DNA of 64,000 nucleotides, from NCBI GenBank assembly GCA_965204725.1, contig OZ242005.1, positions 2,432,001 to 2,496,000 of the forward strand, read 5' to 3'. Below, piece by piece: positions 40,160 through 50,379 of the stretch. The notes beneath the pieces were generated by a model. It searched no databases, had not been told where the DNA came from, and worked only from the letters and a program-made list of their open reading frames with translations. Each line of letters opens with the position of its first letter. The stretch's first letter is position 1. Source of the stretch: Candidatus Latescibacterota bacterium (lineage in GTDB: Bacteria; Latescibacterota; UBA2968; UBA8231). The translations under genes and the position numbers were made by a program.

Positions 40160-40651
40160 TTAAAGCCTTAGATAAACGAGGAGCACGAGGAGCATGAGCA
40201 CAGCGGTGATGCCGACCTGGAGCACGAGATAGCCGCAGCGTTCCCAATCGAGGCTCTGACGGACCTTGCGCTTGTGGCGCGCCACTTCCTTGAAATCGAC
40301 CTGAAAGCGCTGCTCGTTGATGAGGCGGACGAGGTGGGGGTCGTAGTCGGCAATGGCCTTTAGGACCATGCGCTTGCGGCGCGCCGCTTTTTCAGCGCAA
40401 GCCCGCTGGGCGTCCCTAGCCGCGACCTTGCCCAGCGGGATGGCGAGGTCGGCGTTGCGAGTATTGGTCTTCTCGCGCGCCAAATTCTCGGCCAAGCGGC
40501 TGAGCGCTTCGCGGCTTTTTACGTTGTCTTCAATAACGGTATAGCAAGTGTCGATAAAGCGGCTGAAATCCGCGAGGATCTCTTCTTCTGAAAGCCCCAG
40601 CAAGTAGGACTCTTCGATCATTTCTTCAATGGCGTCTTTGACGTCGGCCAT
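40160..40651 (-). CDS. Hypothetical protein with C-terminal membrane anchor
   Basis: Start re-assigned to MADVKDAIEE; helical charged body plus a terminal hydrophobic segment. Confidence 0.65.
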   Translation of the reverse strand: MADVKDAIEEMIEESYLLGLSEEEILADFSRFIDTCYTVIEDNVKSREALSRLAENLAREKTNTRNADLAIPLGKVAARDAQRACAEKAARRKRMVLKAIADYDPHLVRLINEQRFQVDFKEVARHKRKVRQSLDWERCGYLVLQVGITAVLMLLVLLVYLRL

Positions 40652-40752
40652 AGCGCAAGCCCTGTAAATTAAATGTGCAAAAGCCAAGCAACACCCATCC
40701 CGGCACCCCGTTTCCTCTTCCGTTTTCACAGTACAGCATCGCTGCAAGCGTG

Positions 40753-42315
40753 TCAAGCAGACCGCGCCGCATCCACCAAGGCCAAGGCGGTTTCGTCGGC
40801 TATATCGCCCGCCCGCATCCCCCATTCCCCCAGCCGCTCGGCCGCCCGGTCGCCGGCCCGGCCATGGACATAGACTCCGAGACAAGCCGCCTCGCCCGCG
40901 CCGAGCCCTTGGGCCATCAGCCCGGCGATGATCCCGGTCAGCACGTCGCCCGATCCGGCCGTAGCCATGCCCGCATTGCCCGTGGAGTTGACGGCCACGC
41001 GCCCATCGGCCAAGGCCACGACGGTCGGCGCGCCCTTCAACACGAGCGTCGCCCCCAATTCGCCGGCAAAGTCGCGGGCCACCGCCATGGGCGCGTCGGC
41101 AAGCTGGCGTTTGTCCAAGCCGCTCAAGCGGGCGAACTCGCCGGCGTGGGGCGTGAGGACCAGCGGGGCCGAGCGGGCCTTTAGCGCGTCGGCGCGTCCG
41201 GCGAAAGCACTCAGCCCGTCCGCGTCCAACACGAGGGGCTGCTCGGTTTGCAACACCAGCCGTCTCACCAGCTCTGCGGTCTCTCGATAACGCCCCAAAC
41301 CCGGGCCCAAGGCCAAGACGTCGGCCCGCGTCAACATCGCACGCACTTCGCCCAAGGCCCGCAGCGACAAACAACGCCGCTTGCGCACTTCGGGCAACGG
41401 CCGGGTCATCACCTCAGAGAGCTTGACCTCGACGATGTCGTTGAGACTTGCCGGCACCCCTAAATGGACGCGACCCGCCCCGCTTCTGAGTGCAGCATCC
41501 GCCGTCAGCGCGGCCGCCCCGGTCATGCCCACCGACCCCGCTATCGCGACCACCGTTCCACAGCTTCCCTTGTGCTCGTCGCCGCGGCGGCGCGGTACGA
41601 GCGACCCCACCCCCTCGGCCGAAAGCAGCAGAGCCTCGGCGGCCGCAGCGCGCAGGATGGGCTCGGGAAAGCCGATATTGACCAAGTGCAACGCACCGCA
41701 ATGCGACCGGCCGGGATAGAATAGGTGCCCGACTTTGACCAATCCAAAGGTCACCGTCAGCAGGGCTTGGACGACCGCGCCGTGAACCCTTCCGGTGTCG
41801 GCTTCGACCCCCGAGGGCATATCCACGGCCACCACCGGCCGCGCACAATCGGCAAGGCACTCAATGACACGGGCCATGGCGGGACGGGGTGCTCCGCGCA
41901 ATCCGGTTCCCAACAGCGCGTCAATCACCAAGTCGGCTTCGCGGAGGGCCGCGTCGAGCGGGGCCAAGTCTGCGCCGAGTGCTTCGACCGCACAACCGGC
42001 CTGTTCGCAACGCCGCAAGTGCTCGGCCGCCGCCCCTTGCACGGCCGCGCGGTCGGCCGCGAGGAAGACACGCGCCGAGCCACCGCCAACTCCTAAGAGC
42101 CGGGCCGCGGCAAATCCATCGCCGCCATTGTTGCCCTTGCCGCACAGGACTACGGCCCGCAAACCGGCCAAGCCATCCCAGCGCGCCGCAATGGCCGCAA
42201 CCACCTCTGCGCCCGCCCGCTCTATGAGTTCGGCGCTGGAGATGCCCGCCTCAGCGATGGTGCGCCGATCGATCTCCGCCATTTCGCGGCCCGTTATCAG
42301 TTTGGGCAAGTCCAA
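40753..42315 (-). CDS. nnr: Bifunctional NAD(P)H-hydrate epimerase/dehydratase (YjeF)
   Basis: CGKGNNGGDG, DALLGTG, VDMPSG, HKGSCG, LGPGLG, LDADGL, TPHAGE, MATAGSGDVLTG. Confidence 0.95.
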   Translation of the reverse strand: MDLPKLITGREMAEIDRRTIAEAGISSAELIERAGAEVVAAIAARWDGLAGLRAVVLCGKGNNGGDGFAAARLLGVGGGSARVFLAADRAAVQGAAAEHLRRCEQAGCAVEALGADLAPLDAALREADLVIDALLGTGLRGAPRPAMARVIECLADCARPVVAVDMPSGVEADTGRVHGAVVQALLTVTFGLVKVGHLFYPGRSHCGALHLVNIGFPEPILRAAAAEALLLSAEGVGSLVPRRRGDEHKGSCGTVVAIAGSVGMTGAAALTADAALRSGAGRVHLGVPASLNDIVEVKLSEVMTRPLPEVRKRRCLSLRALGEVRAMLTRADVLALGPGLGRYRETAELVRRLVLQTEQPLVLDADGLSAFAGRADALKARSAPLVLTPHAGEFARLSGLDKRQLADAPMAVARDFAGELGATLVLKGAPTVVALADGRVAVNSTGNAGMATAGSGDVLTGIIAGLMAQGLGAGEAACLGVYVHGRAGDRAAERLGEWGMRAGDIADETALALVDAARSA

Positions 42316-42318
42316 TGC

Positions 42319-43059
42319 TCAAGCCTCCCAAGGGCGGATCAGTTCGCGCAGCCGACGCGGGGCTTCGCTGGGTAGCGGTTGGCCCGTGTACTTGGGCAAG
42401 AGCGCGCGAAAGCCGACGCTGATCCACAAGGCCCACGCCGACAAACCGCCGCAGAACAAGCCCAAGCCCGAAGCCACGCCAAGGCCCAAGGCCAAGACGG
42501 CGGTCAGCAGAAAAACCAACGACAGCTTTACGTTATCAACCGACAGGAGAAAGCTGTGGCGCACCGTGGCCCACACCGACCCCTCTTGGGTGACCAGCAC
42601 CGGAAAGACGTACATCGCAACCATGCCCACCAGCAGCAGGAACCAAACCATCAGCCCGCCCAAAAACACCCCCAGCCAGCCGCCGAGCCGCTGATAAAAG
42701 ACCGCGTTGACCAGCACCAGCGCGACCGCGGCGACCATGAGCAAGCCCAGCGCGACGGCGCGCCAAAAAAGCGCACGGCCAGCCGCCCAGAAGGCCCGCA
42801 GGCCAAAGTCCCGGCCCCGCGCCCAAGCCGCCCCAGCCGCGAAGAGCACGGCCGTGGCCGGTGCGCCCAATAGCAAGGCACCGGCTAAGACGGCGGCCCC
42901 CACCAAGCCCAAGCCACCCACCCCAAACCCCAGTTGCAAAAGCACGTAGGCCCCGCCAATCCAAGGCAGGCTCAACGCGCCCCACAGCAGGTTGTACCCC
43001 ACCAGCCCGCCCAAGCGGTCGTACGCCGTCCACAAGAAGCGTTGTAGGTTTTCGCTCAA
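42319..43059 (-). CDS. Integral membrane protein (DUF624/YesL-like)
   Basis: Several TM helices, NLLW...GAPATAVL pattern; coupled to the M20 gene. Confidence 0.65.
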   Translation of the reverse strand: MSENLQRFLWTAYDRLGGLVGYNLLWGALSLPWIGGAYVLLQLGFGVGGLGLVGAAVLAGALLLGAPATAVLFAAGAAWARGRDFGLRAFWAAGRALFWRAVALGLLMVAAVALVLVNAVFYQRLGGWLGVFLGGLMVWFLLLVGMVAMYVFPVLVTQEGSVWATVRHSFLLSVDNVKLSLVFLLTAVLALGLGVASGLGLFCGGLSAWALWISVGFRALLPKYTGQPLPSEAPRRLRELIRPWEA

Positions 43060-44339
43060 GGGGCCTCCAAGCCGCGCAGCATAAACTCGGCGTACGTGCG
43101 GGCCGTCAACACCAAGTCGCGCACGCGCACGCGCTCATCCACTCCGTGAATGCGCTCGCCCTTTACGCCATAGCCAATGCCGGGCAGGCCGCCGGCAACC
43201 GCAAAGTAATGCAGGTCCGTAAAGCCCGCGCTGAGCCGGTAGCTGGCGGCGCGGCGGCGCACGGCTTGCACGGCCCGGGCAAAGGCTTGGGGCAGGGCGT
43301 GATCGGCATCGACGACGCACGGCTCAATCCGCAAGGGCGCGGCCACCCGGCAGGGCAGCGCGGCGGCCTGCGCCACGGCGCGTCTCAGCGTGCGCTCAAC
43401 TGTAGCGAGTTGTTCGCCCGGGACTAAGCGGCGGTCCAGCGCAAAGCGGGCGCGGGCGGGCACGGTGTTGATCTTGTCGCCCTCCCCGCCCGAGAAGGTG
43501 CCGCCGATATTGAGCGTTGGGTTGCGCACCTCGCCATCGCAGTCCACATAGCGGTGCTCGGCCGCGTTGAGGCGCGCCTTGTAGGCTTGCAGCTTTTGCA
43601 CCACATCCACCATGGCTTCAAAGGCATTGACCCCTTGCTCGGGTCTCGAAGCGTGTGCGGCCTTGCCCGTCAGCTCGACCTCTAACCAGAGCACGCCGTT
43701 GTGGCCGCACCCGACCTGCGTCCCGGCCGCTCCCTCACAGACGACTGCGAAATCGGCGTTTACCAGCCCCTTGTTTACGATCCATCCCGCGCCCAATTGG
43801 CCGCCGGTCTCCTCGTCGGCCGTAAACGAACACTCAATGTTAAAAGCCGGTTGAATGTCCAGCACCTTGAGGGCCTCCACCGCCATGAGCAACGCGGCAA
43901 TCGAGCCTTTCATGTCGCCGGCTCCGCGTCCGTACAGCGCCCCGGCGACCAACCCCGGCTCAAAAGGGTCGCCGAACCGCCACGACCCCGCGCAGGGCAC
44001 CACATCGTAGTGGGCGTTGAAATGCACGGTCTGCGCCCGGCCGGCGTCCCAGCGAGCGAGCAGGTTGTAGCGCGGGAACTCGGCCGAGCCGAGCACGCGG
44101 CGCACCTCTGGGTCGGGGACGCGGTGGACTTGGGCCGACATCCCCAAGCCCTGACAGCGCACCAAGAGCGCGTCAGTCATCGCTTGGTAGTTATGCCCCG
44201 GCGGATTGACCGTGTTCACGCGCACTAGCGCCTGGGCACTGCCGAGCAACTGCTCTTGGTGCTTTTCGATGTATTGGTGTACCTCGGCCTTCACCCGTGA
44301 TTCGCTCAGAACGTGGTCTCCTTGGTCGTGAGGGGGCAC
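43056..44339 (-). CDS. M20 family metallo-hydrolase (ArgE/DapE-like)
   Basis: TVNPPG, FNAHYDVVP, YGRGAGDMKG, DEETGG, GFTDL, IHGVDE. True start may be ~30-45 nt further in. Confidence 0.9.
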   Translation of the reverse strand: MPPHDQGDHVLSESRVKAEVHQYIEKHQEQLLGSAQALVRVNTVNPPGHNYQAMTDALLVRCQGLGMSAQVHRVPDPEVRRVLGSAEFPRYNLLARWDAGRAQTVHFNAHYDVVPCAGSWRFGDPFEPGLVAGALYGRGAGDMKGSIAALLMAVEALKVLDIQPAFNIECSFTADEETGGQLGAGWIVNKGLVNADFAVVCEGAAGTQVGCGHNGVLWLEVELTGKAAHASRPEQGVNAFEAMVDVVQKLQAYKARLNAAEHRYVDCDGEVRNPTLNIGGTFSGGEGDKINTVPARARFALDRRLVPGEQLATVERTLRRAVAQAAALPCRVAAPLRIEPCVVDADHALPQAFARAVQAVRRRAASYRLSAGFTDLHYFAVAGGLPGIGYGVKGERIHGVDERVRVRDLVLTARTYAEFMLRGLEAP

Positions 44340-45787
44340 CAGCGCGCCGCGGTCAGATGATGCAGCAAGACGCCTTGGGCTTGGGGCGTACCAATCTGTT
44401 GCAGGGCGGCCGTGCTGTGCCCTTGGACGTAGCGATTCTCGTCGCTGAGGGCCGCAGCCAGCGCGTCCGTAGCCGGGGCGGCCGCCGGGCCGAAGTGGGC
44501 CAGTGCGTACGCGGCATTGAAGCGCACTTGCTCGTCCTCGTCCGCCAGCAGGGCCGCCAACGCCGGCACGGCTCCTTCGGGATGCAGCTCAATGGTTCCG
44601 AGGGCCTCGGCCACGTTGCGCCGCACCCATGGGTCTGGATCATCGCGCAGCGCACACAGGGAGACCGCGGCCTCAGCACCCGCCCGCGCCCCCATGTCGC
44701 CCAGCGCGTACGCGGCAAACCCCCGCACGTGGGCGCGCTCGTCGCTGAGGGCCGCCAGCAAGGCCGCCACCGCCTCTTCCCCCACTACACCCAGCGAATA
44801 CGCCGCGTGTTCGCGCACGTATTCGCGCTCGTCGTCGAGGGCCGCCAGCAACGGGCCTACGGCGACCGCACCCACTGCACCCAGCGCGTACGCGGCGTTG
44901 AGGCGCACCGGTTCGGCCTCGTCGCCCAGCGCCTTGAGCAGCGCGTCGAGGGCCGGGGCGGCCTTTTCCCCCAACGCGCCGAGGGCGTCGGTCGCTGCCA
45001 AGCGTTGTTCCAACGTCCCATCGAGGGGTGCGCTCGGTTGCTCGATTGGCCCGTTGGCCTCGGCGCGGCTTGGAGCACTCGCGTGCCAGTCCCATATCCG
45101 CGACCACACGACTCGATGCTTGGTGGAAGGCGCAGAGCCGTTGGCCGGCCACCCCGGGGCTTGGATGTTCCAACTGGGCCGGCTCGGCTCGCTGAGGCGG
45201 GTAAACTGAAACTTCATCATGTAGCGGTTGGCGGCCGAGTGGTTGGGCATGGCCCGGTGCCACAAGTCAAAGTGTACTAGGGTGCAAGTGCCGGCTTGGC
45301 CGCAGACGGGCAAATGGCACTCGTCCTTCTCGTCGGCTGCGCGGTCGTTGTAGTAATGCGTGCCGGGCATGACTGCGGTGGGGCCGTTTTCCATGGTGAC
45401 GTCTTGGGGGTAGTAGAAGATCATCACCCAGCGATTGCGGTGGTAACGCATCTTGTGGTAGCCCCAATAGCTGTCCTTGTGCCAGCCGCCGCCCTCGCTG
45501 CCGGGCGGATTGATGTGGCAGTGGCGATGGGCATGCATGATGTAATCCGGCCCGACCACCGACGCGAGGGCCCCTCGTATGACGGGATCGTCAAAGACTT
45601 GTTGCAACGCCGGGATGCGGGGCAGGACGTTGTTGCCGGGATTGCCCTCCTTGGCAAAGACCTCTTCGGTGCGCTGGTAGATGGCTTGGTGGAGGGAGGC
45701 GGGCAGCGAGGATTTGAGCGTGAGACAGCCCTCGGCAATGAACTGCTGCATCTCCTCGTCGCCGAGGAGGTACTGAGGGTCTAACAT
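44306..45787 (-). CDS. Phytanoyl-CoA dioxygenase (PhyH)-family Fe/2OG enzyme fused to HEAT repeats
   Basis: WHKD (HxD), NGPT.VMPGTH, LWHR; then VRLNAAYALG-type repeats. Confidence 0.85.
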   Translation of the reverse strand: MLDPQYLLGDEEMQQFIAEGCLTLKSSLPASLHQAIYQRTEEVFAKEGNPGNNVLPRIPALQQVFDDPVIRGALASVVGPDYIMHAHRHCHINPPGSEGGGWHKDSYWGYHKMRYHRNRWVMIFYYPQDVTMENGPTAVMPGTHYYNDRAADEKDECHLPVCGQAGTCTLVHFDLWHRAMPNHSAANRYMMKFQFTRLSEPSRPSWNIQAPGWPANGSAPSTKHRVVWSRIWDWHASAPSRAEANGPIEQPSAPLDGTLEQRLAATDALGALGEKAAPALDALLKALGDEAEPVRLNAAYALGAVGAVAVGPLLAALDDEREYVREHAAYSLGVVGEEAVAALLAALSDERAHVRGFAAYALGDMGARAGAEAAVSLCALRDDPDPWVRRNVAEALGTIELHPEGAVPALAALLADEDEQVRFNAAYALAHFGPAAAPATDALAAALSDENRYVQGHSTAALQQIGTPQAQGVLLHHLTAARWCPLTTKETTF

Positions 45788-45925
45788 GAGCGGTCTCCTG
45801 AGATGATGGGAACAGGGGCGAGTTCGGCCAAAAAAGTATCGTTGGCGGCCGGATAGGGCAATCCTAGGCTAAGGGCCGCGGCCCTAAGACTTGGTGGCTT
45901 TCTGGCTTGCCGTCAGTGGTGAAAG

Positions 45926-48610
45926 TCAATACACCACCCCAACTAGGCGGGCAGCCGAGTTGGCATCCCTCGCGTCGTCGTCTATTTCAACACGGGCGAG
46001 GTAAAGGCCCGGGGATACTAACGTTCCCCCTTCGTCCCGTCCGTCCCAGACGAGGCGATACAGCCCGTTAGCCATATCGCGCTTCTCAGAAAGGCGCCTC
46101 ACTTTCCGGCCCGCCAAGTCGTAGAAGTCCACCGCTACTTGCCGGGCTACATTGACTTTGAGCACGGCAAACGAAAAGACGACCGCGTCGTTAATGCCGT
46201 CGCCATTTGGGGTAAAGGTGGCGGGGTTTACCTCGATCATCCCGATCTGCCCGCGGCGGTCGGTCGTCAATACTGTCAACCCCTCACCCGCGGCCAATTC
46301 GTCTCCGACGGGGTCTGCCGAATCGACCCGCTGCCAGTTGTCCGCTTGCGTCGAACGCCCGACCTCGGCGGCAAAAGTGGCACCGCTCAGGAAGACACGC
46401 GACGAAAAAGAGATCCGCACAATGTCCGCACTGCCTCGCCGCAGTATCCTAGGCAACTCGAATTGCAGCGTGTCGCTTGCCACCTTGGTCAACTCTAGTT
46501 CCTCCCCCGCCTCATTCTCAAAACGACCTTTTGCCACTTCGGCAAATGTTTCCTCGTTTCCGGCGGCAAATCCGCGTTCGTCTCCTAGACTCACTTGGCG
46601 CAGTTTGATATTCGCTCGCGCCGGAGCGATGAGACGGATGCGGTCGAATCCCGGATCTCGAACAGCGAAGGAGGGGCGGATGAATAGATCAAAAGCGGTG
46701 AGTTCTCCTATGGGGACATTCCGCTTGGGCTCTATTTCCCCGGCGATGCGCTCTGCCAGCGGTGCTGTGAAGTGGACTTGGATGGACTGTAGGCTGGGGG
46801 CCGCGGCCGCCTCTTTACTGAGCAGTCTCGTCTGGATCATCATATATTGCCGAGGACTGGGGGAACGCATGACTTCGCCCGGTTCGATGTAGGCTTGACT
46901 CCAGTTGCTCCAGCCCGGTCCCGGCAGGAACTCAGTAAGAATCTCTCCCCGGTAGAACGACGGCTGAGCCTCGTATTCTTCTTTGTTAGCTACCTCCGTG
47001 CCGTCTTTTTTGAAATAGCGGTTTACTTCGCGCAGATCGTTTCCCGTCCGGGTGCGGATTTCCACCGCTGTGCCCAAGGGGGTACTAGCTTCCCATTCGA
47101 TGGTAGTCAGCGTCTTAGAACTCGCCAGATCAATGAGACCGGAAGTCATCTCAATCATGGGCAGGTAGCCGTTGGCAAAGACTTGGATTTCGGTCACCGT
47201 GCTCAGTATCCGGTGCCCCTCATGGGCCCTAGTGCGGCGAGCAATGTCTAGGTTGCGGAATTCTAGAAAGCGCATCGGGCGCGGCGCAAAGCGATCCTCA
47301 AACAGCCGCGTATTCTGGTTCAGCCGCCGCGTCTCACGACTCAATTCCTCCCAGATCAAACTGCCATCGGGTGCCAGCGAGCCGTCCGAACCGCGCAACA
47401 GATAACCAATCAGGTTTCTTCCGCCGACGCGGGTAATGATGCGCACGGCATGGACTAGGAAGTGGGTGCCCAGATCTACGTTCAACAGACCCCATTCAGC
47501 GGTCTCCCCAGTGGGAAAGTAAACCATGCCCTGCCACTCGGTACGCACGTTGCCGTCAACGGCAAGTTCGGGCGAAGAATTGGGATTGACGTCGCGTAAG
47601 CTACCGCCGCGCTCTACGATTCCCAAGGCAATGTTCTCACCCACACTCCAGACCTCCACCTCGGCGAGTTGCGGCCGTTCGCGGCGGTAATAGCGCACCC
47701 CGCCCTGCTGGTCAACCGGCAACTGGTCGTAGTCATCAACCGCTACTAGACGCTCTTCGCCAGCGATTTTCCAGACGTATTCCACAGCGCCTTGGTCCTC
47801 TGCTGCCAGTGCCTGATAATCCTCGGCCGAGATCTGTTGCGCCCGCTCGCCCCTGGTGGCCGTGGCCGCGATGCGCAGGTACTGCATAAGGCGGCCGGTC
47901 CACTCCTCTGTATGAGTGCCCAGCGGTGCGAGGTCAAACTCAAAGACCCGTTGGGTGCGATTGGGCTGGGTGGTACTGCCGACCAAGGTGTAGTCCAAAG
48001 CACCGCTGCGGTCGGCCGTGCCGAAGGGGTTTTGCCCCCCGGCCGAATGCACTCTGAATTGCAGGAACGGATCCCCTGCTTCGGCAAAGCGCAAAACAAC
48101 CTTGGTGGCCGACACCAGACGGCCGAGATCAATCTCTAACACCCAGTCTTGCAGGGGATCGGCCGGGGCCGGCTCCCAAGCTGTAGCCGGATTTGCGTCA
48201 ATCGCCCGCTCCGCTAGCTGCGGATTTGAACCAGCCCTTTTGATGCCGCCGCGTGCCAGCAGGGCGTTGGTTTCGTCCTTGAACGAATTGGCGTACTGAT
48301 CCCGCAAGCTGCCATCAATGGGATAGCTAAAGTCGGCCGCATCCACTAGGGCGTTGTGCGGTACTTGTACCAATCTGGACTGCACCGAGCCAGACGGCGT
48401 TATCGTCACCATATCCCGCGGAAAATCCCAAGCCTGCCAGTGCGCCTCGGTTCGCACCTCCACCTGACCCTCGCCCAGACTGTACCCGCTCGACTGGGCC
48501 CATACCCCGTTTAGAGCCGTAGAGAAGAAAACAGCTCCACAACAAAGAACCGTGGGCAAAAGACCGGATCGCCTCGTGGTCGTCGCCGAAATCATCGAGC
48601 GGTGTCCCAT
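45926..48610 (-). CDS. Large secreted discoidin-domain protein with CHU_C/FlgD-like C-terminus ending VVY (paralog of 958-4218)
   Basis: Signal peptide (..GVWA/QS); WVLEIDLGR; GDPFLQFRV; RERPQLAEVEVW; TFTPNGDGIND; WDGRDEGG..VSPGLY; ends GVVY. Confidence 0.8.
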   Translation of the reverse strand: MGHRSMISATTTRRSGLLPTVLCCGAVFFSTALNGVWAQSSGYSLGEGQVEVRTEAHWQAWDFPRDMVTITPSGSVQSRLVQVPHNALVDAADFSYPIDGSLRDQYANSFKDETNALLARGGIKRAGSNPQLAERAIDANPATAWEPAPADPLQDWVLEIDLGRLVSATKVVLRFAEAGDPFLQFRVHSAGGQNPFGTADRSGALDYTLVGSTTQPNRTQRVFEFDLAPLGTHTEEWTGRLMQYLRIAATATRGERAQQISAEDYQALAAEDQGAVEYVWKIAGEERLVAVDDYDQLPVDQQGGVRYYRRERPQLAEVEVWSVGENIALGIVERGGSLRDVNPNSSPELAVDGNVRTEWQGMVYFPTGETAEWGLLNVDLGTHFLVHAVRIITRVGGRNLIGYLLRGSDGSLAPDGSLIWEELSRETRRLNQNTRLFEDRFAPRPMRFLEFRNLDIARRTRAHEGHRILSTVTEIQVFANGYLPMIEMTSGLIDLASSKTLTTIEWEASTPLGTAVEIRTRTGNDLREVNRYFKKDGTEVANKEEYEAQPSFYRGEILTEFLPGPGWSNWSQAYIEPGEVMRSPSPRQYMMIQTRLLSKEAAAAPSLQSIQVHFTAPLAERIAGEIEPKRNVPIGELTAFDLFIRPSFAVRDPGFDRIRLIAPARANIKLRQVSLGDERGFAAGNEETFAEVAKGRFENEAGEELELTKVASDTLQFELPRILRRGSADIVRISFSSRVFLSGATFAAEVGRSTQADNWQRVDSADPVGDELAAGEGLTVLTTDRRGQIGMIEVNPATFTPNGDGINDAVVFSFAVLKVNVARQVAVDFYDLAGRKVRRLSEKRDMANGLYRLVWDGRDEGGTLVSPGLYLARVEIDDDARDANSAARLVGVVY

Positions 48611-48631
48611 AGCTTATGGTCCCGGTTATCG

Positions 48632-50371
48632 CTACCCATCGCTCTTGGGCGGGGCTTTCCAAGCATGGCGCTGCAAGAAGGTATCGGGCAGGGCCGCCTC
48701 CAACGCCCTAGCAGATACAGCGATCCGCTCTTTGTATTTGTCCAGCAGGTCATCAACCAAGTCTTCAAAAAGTTGCTCTCGCTTCTGGCCGCGTACTAAG
48801 GCCCGCGCCTTTTTCTCGACTTGAAAAAAGGAGGATAACTCTCCGCCCTCGCGGTTGAGAACTTTGAAAATGCTGTATCCATCTTTAAGGTGTACCGGGC
48901 CGGTTATTTTGTCGAGGCTGGCCGCCTGTACTGCTTTGAAGAGCTGCGGCTGGGTCAAGCGCTCGTACTCGCCCAGATGCATCAAGCCATCTTTCTTTTT
49001 CATATCTCGGCGAATGGTGTGCTCTTGGGCGAGCGTTCCGAGGGTCGCACCCTGTTCGATAGCGCGCAGCAAACCGGCGGCTTCCACCTCGGTCTCGACC
49101 AGCACTTCAACGACGATGTATTGGGCCGGCTCCCGGAACAACTCCTTATTGTTCTCGTAAAAGTCCCTCGCTTCCTCCCGGCTCGCCTCGGATTGGTCGA
49201 TGATCTCTTCCGCACGCAGTTGTTTGATCATGAATTCTGTGCGTATTTCCTCCAACCGCTGTTGTCCATCCGCCATCTCCTCCAACCCAGCCCGCTGCGC
49301 CGCCGCTGCCAGTAAAGCCGGTATCAGAACCAGTTCCCTCGCGGTATCAACCACCTCGGCGCTGTCCCGCATGCCCCAGCCGGACAAGGCCCGCATATCC
49401 GTCCACAGGGCATTGAGGTACTCTCTCAGCGAGACCTGTCCCCCCTTATAGGTAAAGAGGGGCTGGGCCGCTTCCTCGGCGGCCAGATGGGTGAGTCGCA
49501 CCCGGGTGTGGAGTGCCGCTTTATCCAACAGGAGCTCCACGCCCGCTGGGACTAGCTGCACGTCCAGCTTACGGACGAGGGCCGCGATTTCCACTTCCTC
49601 CTGCTCTAGGCGCTTGCGTTCGTAGAGTATATCGCGAATCTGCTGTCGTTTCTCCGCTAGCGGGACGGGCTGGTCCTGGAGGAAGCGCACGATCTGGTAG
49701 CGCGTGCCCATGGGCAGAATGGAAGACGGCTGTCCACTCGGCAGGTTGCGGAACACCTCGTCTGGAATCTGCAACCTGCGGGCCTGCTCCAGATCGATAA
49801 ACCCCAGCACTCCTCCTTGGGCAGCCGACCGTTCGTCTATGGTGTACTCGGCGGCCAGCCGGGCAAAATCCCCGCCCGCTTTGAGTTGCTCATAGACTTG
49901 CTTTGCGGTGCTGTCCTTTTCGACCAAAATGCCCGCCATCTGGCGCTTGCGGTCCAAGCCGCTGCGAGCGAAATAGGCGCGTACCTCCTCCGCGGAAACC
50001 TGCACGTTGGGTGCCAATACGAGCCGGCGATAGGTGTTGACCAAGTACTGACGCCAGTAGGGCATCACCTTGGCCTGTACCACCTCGGCGGTATCCAATC
50101 CCCGCTCTTTGGCCTCCAGTACGAGCAGGTGCTTGGCCAGCAGACTGCGCAGGTAGCGCTCCCTCACTCGGTTTCCCTGCCCAGAGAGGCGCAAGGACTG
50201 GGGCATCTCGAAGACGAAATCGCGCATCTCGGCCGCCGAGATGGAAGTAGAATCAACGCGCGCCACCACCCCGGGTTCGAGGGCAACCTCCGCATCCGGC
50301 GAACACGCCGCGAGGCTCCAGATAAGGGCCAACTCGCATCCTTGCCGAGCCCGGGGTTTTCTGTTTCTCAT
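48632..50371 (-). CDS. Lipoprotein chaperone with two parvulin/PpiC-like domains (SurA/PrsA-like)
   Basis: Lipobox LAAC; VVARVD..IS; DFARLAAEYTID.RSAAQGGVLGFI; second domain EVLVETEVEA...ITGPVHLKDGYSIF. Confidence 0.85.
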   Translation of the reverse strand: MRNRKPRARQGCELALIWSLAACSPDAEVALEPGVVARVDSTSISAAEMRDFVFEMPQSLRLSGQGNRVRERYLRSLLAKHLLVLEAKERGLDTAEVVQAKVMPYWRQYLVNTYRRLVLAPNVQVSAEEVRAYFARSGLDRKRQMAGILVEKDSTAKQVYEQLKAGGDFARLAAEYTIDERSAAQGGVLGFIDLEQARRLQIPDEVFRNLPSGQPSSILPMGTRYQIVRFLQDQPVPLAEKRQQIRDILYERKRLEQEEVEIAALVRKLDVQLVPAGVELLLDKAALHTRVRLTHLAAEEAAQPLFTYKGGQVSLREYLNALWTDMRALSGWGMRDSAEVVDTARELVLIPALLAAAAQRAGLEEMADGQQRLEEIRTEFMIKQLRAEEIIDQSEASREEARDFYENNKELFREPAQYIVVEVLVETEVEAAGLLRAIEQGATLGTLAQEHTIRRDMKKKDGLMHLGEYERLTQPQLFKAVQAASLDKITGPVHLKDGYSIFKVLNREGGELSSFFQVEKKARALVRGQKREQLFEDLVDDLLDKYKERIAVSARALEAALPDTFLQRHAWKAPPKSDG

Positions 50372-50379
50372 GTCTTCTA

